Of a DNA stretch of 64,000 bases, positions 58,614 to 64,000 are shown in pieces. The DNA lies in NCBI GenBank assembly GCA_019639195.1, contig JAHBSI010000006.1:2754-66753 (forward strand), given 5' to 3'. The position numbers were made by a program, and so were the translations under genes. This stretch comes from Acidobacteriota bacterium. GTDB taxonomy: Bacteria; Acidobacteriota; Blastocatellia; Pyrinomonadales; Pyrinomonadaceae. Under the pieces are notes generated by a model. The model searched no databases. It had not been told where the DNA came from and saw only the letters and a program-made list of their open reading frames with translations. Numbering within the stretch: the first letter of the stretch is position 1; every line of letters starts with the position of its first letter.

Positions 58614-58948
58614 AAAAACTCCAATTAGTGCACAGGTCTCTGAAAAAAGAATAACCTTCTTGAAATTGATTTTCAATTTCATCTTAACGAAAATACAAGA
58701 CACTGTCCGCACTGTCAAATTACAAATTGCAGCGGCAAATGAAGGCGACGTTAACCTCTTGCTGATTGATATTGTCTTGGAAGTGAGGAAAAGTTATTTG
58801 TACAATACAGAGCGTTTTCGAGAACCTTCCCTAAAACCGGCGGACGGACAATCACGCGAAATGTGAGAAATCTCTAAATGGCAAAAGTTCTCGAACGACG
58901 ACGAACCTTCGGCGTACTCTGCCTGGGTTAGCTATTTGCTGGACTTAT

Positions 58949-59821
58949 CTAACTGCCCCGTATGTTCGGTAGAAGTTGTACCGTTACATCCAATTTACTA
59001 TTAACAATTACGACGTGATTTGGGGCGACTCTAGTCCAACTCGTACGATCATCGGTCAATCTTTCGGAGGCAATGATGATTCCGCTCTGTTCGCTGTCGG
59101 ATTCAACTATTTCAAACCTCCCGCCAAAGTACCTGTATTTTCCGCGAGTTGAATAGTAGAGTGAAATTGGCTCAATTTGCGGATTGGAGACATAACGCAC
59201 TGTTACAAGGCTCTCACCATCGGTGACCGCAAAATTATAAATTGAAGGCTTTTTGATTCCGGCTTCATGTGCCCATTCCTCAAGTTGGCGAATGGTTTTC
59301 ACCAATCCGCTCGCCAAATCCACTGCTTCTAGTTTTCCCGTGTGTCGACCGAGAAAGTTTAAGAAAACAGCAAAAGCGTGTTCGGAATCCGTAGTACCTT
59401 CAATCGACTGATAGATCTCGTCCGTCAACGAGTGTCGCAGACGGCGCTTTATCGAACTAAAGCCCTCAATCGTACCGTTGTGCATCCACAAATATCGCCC
59501 ACGGCAAAAAGGATGGCAATTAAATTCCGATACAGCGGTTCCCGGCGATGCCGCGCGGATGTGAGCAAAAAAACAGGGTGATTTTATGTGCCCTGCCAGA
59601 TTAAGCAGATTTCGATTGTTCCAGGCGGGTGTGATACTCGTAAAGACACCTGGCTCGTCGGATATTTCTGGCGAATACCAGCCGACGCCAAAGCCGTCTC
59701 CGTTTAGAGGTTCACTGCGTTCCTTCGCCTTGTAACTTTGGCGAATCAGAGAATTTGGCGGACGCGAGATCAGGTCCGCAAGTAGTATTTCGCTGCCCGT
59801 GTAACCAAGAAATCTACACAT
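58949..59821 (-). CDS. class II (Ntn) glutamine amidotransferase-like amidohydrolase (YafJ/EgtC-like)
   Basis: The start MCRFLGY places the nucleophilic Cys directly after Met. Also has LNGDGFGVGWY and HNG motifs. The ATG overlaps the YHS gene stop by 8 nt. Confidence 0.8.
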   Translation of the reverse strand: MCRFLGYTGSEILLADLISRPPNSLIRQSYKAKERSEPLNGDGFGVGWYSPEISDEPGVFTSITPAWNNRNLLNLAGHIKSPCFFAHIRAASPGTAVSEFNCHPFCRGRYLWMHNGTIEGFSSIKRRLRHSLTDEIYQSIEGTTDSEHAFAVFLNFLGRHTGKLEAVDLASGLVKTIRQLEEWAHEAGIKKPSIYNFAVTDGESLVTVRYVSNPQIEPISLYYSTRGKYRYFGGRFEIVESDSEQSGIIIASERLTDDRTSWTRVAPNHVVIVNSKLDVTVQLLPNIRGS

Positions 59822-60005
59822 TGCCGTTCTCGTAAGGTGGATCGGATTCGTCCGACATCTTTCGCCTACGATACTCGTTGGGATGGCGCATAAATTCCGC
59901 GCAGCAACCTTCGGAGCAGAAAAAGTATTTTTCACCATCAAAAGTCAGCGAAGAGAAAGCTTTCGTTTCGTCAATCTCCATTTTACAGACCAAATCAGTA
60001 ACCAT
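59814..60005 (-). CDS. YHS-domain metal-binding protein
   Basis: DLVCKMEID...GEKYFFCSEGCCAEF matches the YHS pattern. The ATG at 60005 lies 6 nt after AGGAGA. Confidence 0.8.
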   Translation of the reverse strand: MVTDLVCKMEIDETKAFSSLTFDGEKYFFCSEGCCAEFMRHPNEYRRRKMSDESDPPYENGNV

Positions 60006-60051
60006 AATTTTTCTCCTAGCCAGCACAACGCCTGATCCGGGAATTCACTGA

Positions 60052-61569
60052 TCAGTGATGCGTTGGGTTCTGTTTGAGCAAGTCGGCCCGGAGCAGGAAG
60101 CTGCCTTCGGTAACGATTCGGTCGCCAACATTGAGGCCTTCGAGGACGATAAACTTGCCATTAACTTCGCTTCCAAGACGAACCGATTTCAAAGCGAACA
60201 CATTCGGTTTGTCGGTGGCGACAAAGACGACTTGCTTGTCGTTCATGTTCTGAACAGCCGAAGCTGGGATCGTCGGCATCGTTCGCTCGGCGACGCCCAT
60301 CGAGCCGAAGGCGACGTTGACATACATGCCAATTTTCAGAGCCTCACCCGGATTTTCGAGTTCGATGCGCACCTGCGCGGTGCGCGTCTCTTGATTGATG
60401 TTCGGGTCGATGTATGTAACGTGGCCGCGAAACAAGCGGCCTGGATACGAAGTCGTTGTCACGCTTGCGCCGCTGCCCTCGCGAAGCTGGTTGATGTCCT
60501 TCTCAAAAACCTGTGCTATCGCCCAGACGCTGGCTAGGTTGGTTACGCGCATCAAATCTTTGTTAGCTTCGACGATCATTCCGGGATTAATGTCGCGTTT
60601 TGTGATCGTGCCGGCAGCAGGTGCCGTTAACGTGATCTCGGACGTGATCTGCGACGGCGAGCGAAGCGAATTTACGCGCTGCAGCGACAGGCCGAAAAGT
60701 ATGAGCCGTTGTTTCGCCGAGGCAAGATCGGATTCGGCGGTTTGACGTTTTACGGCAGCTTGTTCGAACTCGCCTCGGCTCACCGGATTGATCTCAGCAA
60801 CCTGAACTGCTCGATCATGACGCCGTTTAGCTTCTATAACGTTTGCCTCGGCGGTTCGCAGTTTAGTCGTCGCCTGCTCAAATTCCTCGCTGCTCACTGC
60901 ACCTATTGCAAGAAGTTTTTCGGTTCTAGCATATCGTTTTCGATTTTCTTCGAGTTCGGCATTCGCGGTCTTCGACGCAGCTAGCGCCTGGTCGAGTTCG
61001 GCATTGCTAGTGGGGCTGATCTTTACCAGACGTGCGGCTCGCTCGTAATTCTGCCGCGCGGTTTGAGCGTCTGTTTGAAGCGCGAGATAACGCGATTCGG
61101 CCGCCGCAAGTTCGTCGCTAAAGATCACCGCGAGCGTTTGCCCCTTGCCGACATTTTGTCCAAGTTCAGCGCGAACGTCGCGCACGACACCGCCGAGCAA
61201 CGAGATAACCGGCGTCTCTTTGTAAGCATTTGGCTGAACGACGCCGGTTGCGGCGACGGACATCGCCTCGGATGAGAGCGTTTCGCCGACGGTCTCGATC
61301 TTTAATCCGATCTTTTCAACCTGATCGGGTGCGATCGTCACGGTCTGTTCGCCGGATGTTTCCGAGGCTGTGTTATCGCCAAACGTCACGGTCTGCGGCG
61401 TCGGTACAGCTTTGCCGTCACTCGACGAGCGCAAAAACCAAAACAGCGCGCCGCCGACAAGCAGCACGCCGACCACTGCAGCGGCGATGTAAATCGGCTT
61501 ACGATTCGACGGTGTTTCGTCCGGCGACGAATCGTCGTGATTCACATTTTCTAAATTTTCTTCGCTCAT
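60052..61569 (-). CDS. czcB: RND efflux periplasmic adaptor subunit (CzcB/CusB-like)
   Basis: N-terminal TM, coiled-coil hairpin, and barrel-sandwich and beta-barrel regions typical of HlyD/MFP proteins. 4-nt overlap with the upstream gene. Confidence 0.9.
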   Translation of the reverse strand: MSEENLENVNHDDSSPDETPSNRKPIYIAAAVVGVLLVGGALFWFLRSSSDGKAVPTPQTVTFGDNTASETSGEQTVTIAPDQVEKIGLKIETVGETLSSEAMSVAATGVVQPNAYKETPVISLLGGVVRDVRAELGQNVGKGQTLAVIFSDELAAAESRYLALQTDAQTARQNYERAARLVKISPTSNAELDQALAASKTANAELEENRKRYARTEKLLAIGAVSSEEFEQATTKLRTAEANVIEAKRRHDRAVQVAEINPVSRGEFEQAAVKRQTAESDLASAKQRLILFGLSLQRVNSLRSPSQITSEITLTAPAAGTITKRDINPGMIVEANKDLMRVTNLASVWAIAQVFEKDINQLREGSGASVTTTSYPGRLFRGHVTYIDPNINQETRTAQVRIELENPGEALKIGMYVNVAFGSMGVAERTMPTIPASAVQNMNDKQVVFVATDKPNVFALKSVRLGSEVNGKFIVLEGLNVGDRIVTEGSFLLRADLLKQNPTHH

Positions 61570-62906
61570 TTCTTTTTCAACTCCGGTGAATTAACTGCTC
61601 GCATTACCTCGACATTTGCTGTGTAAGTTTCAAGCTCGGCTTCCACGAGTTCGCTCTCGATGTCGAGAAACCGCCGCTCTTCGGCCAGGTATTCGATCAG
61701 GCTGCGACTGCCGAGCTCGTAAGTTTGCCAGATGACCTGCAGATTCGAATTGGCCTGATCGCGGACACCGCCCTTCATGATCGACAGTGAGCGCGCCGCC
61801 GCGTTGTAACGTGCCGTGGCCGCTGCGACCTCGCGCCGAATGGTCAGCTCGCCAAACGCAATCCGATTCTGAACTGACTGACGGTCAAACGTCGCGGCCT
61901 CGACGGCGCCTTGATTGCGATTACGAACCGGTAACGTCACTTCGAAGCCGAATGTCAAAAAGTGAAAGACATCCTGAATGGGCCTGAGCAATCCGTGATC
62001 GTCAAAACCAGTTAAGGGAAAGCTCGAATTCATCCGCTGGTAACCGCCTTTGACGGCCAGGTCGACGCGGCCTTCGGATTGTGCCTGTTCGATTCGCGCG
62101 GTGGCGAGACGTTCCGTCGCACGCACGCCTTCGAGGTCAGGTCGCTGCGAGAGAGCGTCACTTGTTTGTTTATTGAGCGGCGGCAGCGTAGCAATCAAAT
62201 CTTCAAAATTGCCTCGCAGTCGAAGCGGTTCTTCCGGCTTCATGCCGATCATGTTTCTGAGTTCGAACATTGCGGTCTCGACCTTACCCTCAGATGTCTC
62301 TCGAATGGATTTCAGCCGGTTGACCTCGACAAGGAGCATGTTTTGTTCGAGCGGAGCGGATTTGCCATCAACGACCCTCGCGGCGACGAGGTCGTAACCT
62401 TGTCGAGTGGCAGACAGTGTTTTCTCAATGACTTCAAGTTTTCTGACAGCGGCCAGCGCCTCGCCGAATTTTATGCGGACATCGGCAGCGAGCAACCGTT
62501 CCTGATTCGCTACGGCGAACTCGCGTATCTCGAGTTCGCGGCGCGCAACTGTAATTCGCGCAGCACGCCGGCCACCGATCTCGATCGGTAACATTACCTC
62601 GGTCGACTGGTTGTTATCAGCACCGCCGAGTTGTTTTGCGCCGCCGACAGATAGCGTCGGATTTGGACGAAGCCCGGCCTGTTTGACCAACGACTTCGCC
62701 GTATCAACTTCTTTGCGAAGTGCGATCAGTTCACCGTTGTATTCGAGGGCGAGTGCAACGGCCTCATCGGGGGTAATGCCGCTTACCGGATCGAGATACC
62801 GTGACGAACTGTATGGCGTAGGTGTCGGTGGTTGAGCGCACGCCCAGCGAACGAGAACGCCGAAGACGATGAAGATCAATATTAATGTTTTTCTGTTATT
62901 TAACAT
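61566..62906 (-). CDS. czcC: TolC-family outer membrane efflux protein (CzcC-like)
   Basis: Signal peptide plus two OEP repeats. It overlaps the RND pump gene by 11 nt. Confidence 0.85.
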   Translation of the reverse strand: MLNNRKTLILIFIVFGVLVRWACAQPPTPTPYSSSRYLDPVSGITPDEAVALALEYNGELIALRKEVDTAKSLVKQAGLRPNPTLSVGGAKQLGGADNNQSTEVMLPIEIGGRRAARITVARRELEIREFAVANQERLLAADVRIKFGEALAAVRKLEVIEKTLSATRQGYDLVAARVVDGKSAPLEQNMLLVEVNRLKSIRETSEGKVETAMFELRNMIGMKPEEPLRLRGNFEDLIATLPPLNKQTSDALSQRPDLEGVRATERLATARIEQAQSEGRVDLAVKGGYQRMNSSFPLTGFDDHGLLRPIQDVFHFLTFGFEVTLPVRNRNQGAVEAATFDRQSVQNRIAFGELTIRREVAAATARYNAAARSLSIMKGGVRDQANSNLQVIWQTYELGSRSLIEYLAEERRFLDIESELVEAELETYTANVEVMRAVNSPELKKK

Positions 62907-64000
62907 TTCTCCTCAACTCGCGTTCCCCCAGCCAATAGAAAATCACCGGAGTTATTATCAGGACATGCAGCAGGCTCGACACCATGCCGCCGAGCACAGG
63001 CGCGGCGAGCGGCTTCATCACTTCGGAGCCGGCGCTCGTGCTCCACATTATCGGCAAAAGCCCGGCGACGACCGTTGATACGGTCATGACTTTGGGCCTG
63101 AGACGCAGCAGCGCGCCGTTGGTTACCGCTTCGAGCAAAGCTTTTTTATCAAATGCCGCGCCAAGCTCGCGCTTCTTTTTCGCCACGGCTTCTTCGAGAT
63201 AGATGACCATCACGACCGCTGTCTGCACGGCCGTTCCGAACAGCGCGATGAACCCGACCCAAACGGCGACCGAGAAGTTGTAACCGAGCATCCATACGAG
63301 ATAAACACCGCCGGTCAGCGCGAACGGCACGGCCATCAAAACATGCGCGGCCTCGAGCGCAGAATGATATGTCAGATAGAGAAGCCCGAAAATCACCAGC
63401 ATCACGATGGGCACGACGAGCAGGATACGGCTGCGGGCACGCTGTTGATTTTCGTATTGGCCGCTCCAGGCAATGTAGTAACCGGCTGGAAGCTGGATTT
63501 GCTGTGCAACGGCACGTTTTGCGTCTTCGACAAAGCTGCCGACATCGCGACCGCGCACATTTAAAAGAACAGTGCCGCGAAGCAATCCGTTCTCGCTCTG
63601 TATCATCGTCGGACCTTCGACCGACTTGACGTTAGCAACCTGCGCAAGCGGAACCGTTCCTCCGTTACTCATCGCGATCGGTATTTGCCCGAGTGCTTCC
63701 GGAGTACCGCGAAATTCCTTGCCGTACCGCACACGTACCGGAAACCGCCGACGGCCCTCAATCGTTACCGTCAAATTCGTTTCGCCAATGCCCTTCTCGA
63801 TGGCGTCCTGAATAACACCGACATCGATTCCGTAACGTGCAGCGGCCGGCCGGTCAATTTTGATGTCGATGTAGGGCGCCCCCCCGATTCGTTCGGGATA
63901 CACATCGACAGCGCCCGGAATCCTCTGCACCGCCTCGGCTACTTGTCTGGAAACAGCCTCCAGCTGTTTGAGGTCGTTGCCGAAGATCTTTATGCCAACC
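62896..64000 (-). CDS. czcA: heavy-metal RND efflux pump, CzcA/CusA family, C-terminal part (5' end outside window)
   Basis: The frame stays open to nt 64000 (..[33 protein letters not shown]..). C-terminal TM bundle typical of the HME-RND family. Confidence 0.9.
   Translation of the reverse strand, partial: VGIKIFGNDLKQLEAVSRQVAEAVQRIPGAVDVYPERIGGAPYIDIKIDRPAAARYGIDVGVIQDAIEKGIGETNLTVTIEGRRRFPVRVRYGKEFRGTPEALGQIPIAMSNGGTVPLAQVANVKSVEGPTMIQSENGLLRGTVLLNVRGRDVGSFVEDAKRAVAQQIQLPAGYYIAWSGQYENQQRARSRILLVVPIVMLVIFGLLYLTYHSALEAAHVLMAVPFALTGGVYLVWMLGYNFSVAVWVGFIALFGTAVQTAVVMVIYLEEAVAKKKRELGAAFDKKALLEAVTNGALLRLRPKVMTVSTVVAGLLPIMWSTSAGSEVMKPLAAPVLGGMVSSLLHVLIITPVIFYWLGERELRRNVK

Overview
Chromosomal window of mid GC content (judged by eye) from a Gram-negative bacterium. 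The gene content suggests Acidobacteriota, but this is inference only. The cues are a TonB-dependent receptor with a CarboxypepD_reg-type N-domain, an ECF sigma factor paired with a Ser/Thr kinase, and an orphan pilin-like gene. Most of the window is core genome. Nt 1-11.4 kb holds an M3 peptidase, an NtrY/NtrX-like sigma-54 two-component pair, a CPBP protease, nadC, valS and a response regulator. Nt 11.4-27.1 kb holds pdxA and a long minus-strand division/cell-wall (dcw) cluster: rsmH-ftsL-ftsI-murF-mraY-murD-ftsW-murG-murC-ftsQ-ftsA-ftsZ. This cluster lacks mraZ, murE, murB and ddl. Next come a ZIP transporter, psd-pssA, an O-antigen-ligase-like/TPR pair, nth, an M28 peptidase, and an orphan pilin plus a domain-less 578-aa protein. 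After that are a speA / deoxyhypusine-synthase-like / speB operon, htrA, and a seven-gene tagatose/amino-sugar-type catabolic locus that includes cutC. The last core genes are an ECF sigma / Ser-Thr kinase pair. At about 55.1 kb a truncated tRNA-Pro(GGG) 3' fragment marks what looks like the edge of a metal-resistance island. The island carries a short CDF, a TonB receptor, and czcA-czcC-czcB-YHS-Ntn amidotransferase, and it runs off the 3' edge. No CRISPR array, transposase, integrase or known defence system was seen. None of the leads below is proven. The best ones are the tRNA-scar island with its YHS/amidotransferase tail, the DHS-like polyamine operon, and an orphan terminator with a sigma-54-like box suggesting an unannotated roughly 250-nt transcript. 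The cutC-containing sugar operon and the pilin/578-aa pair come next.
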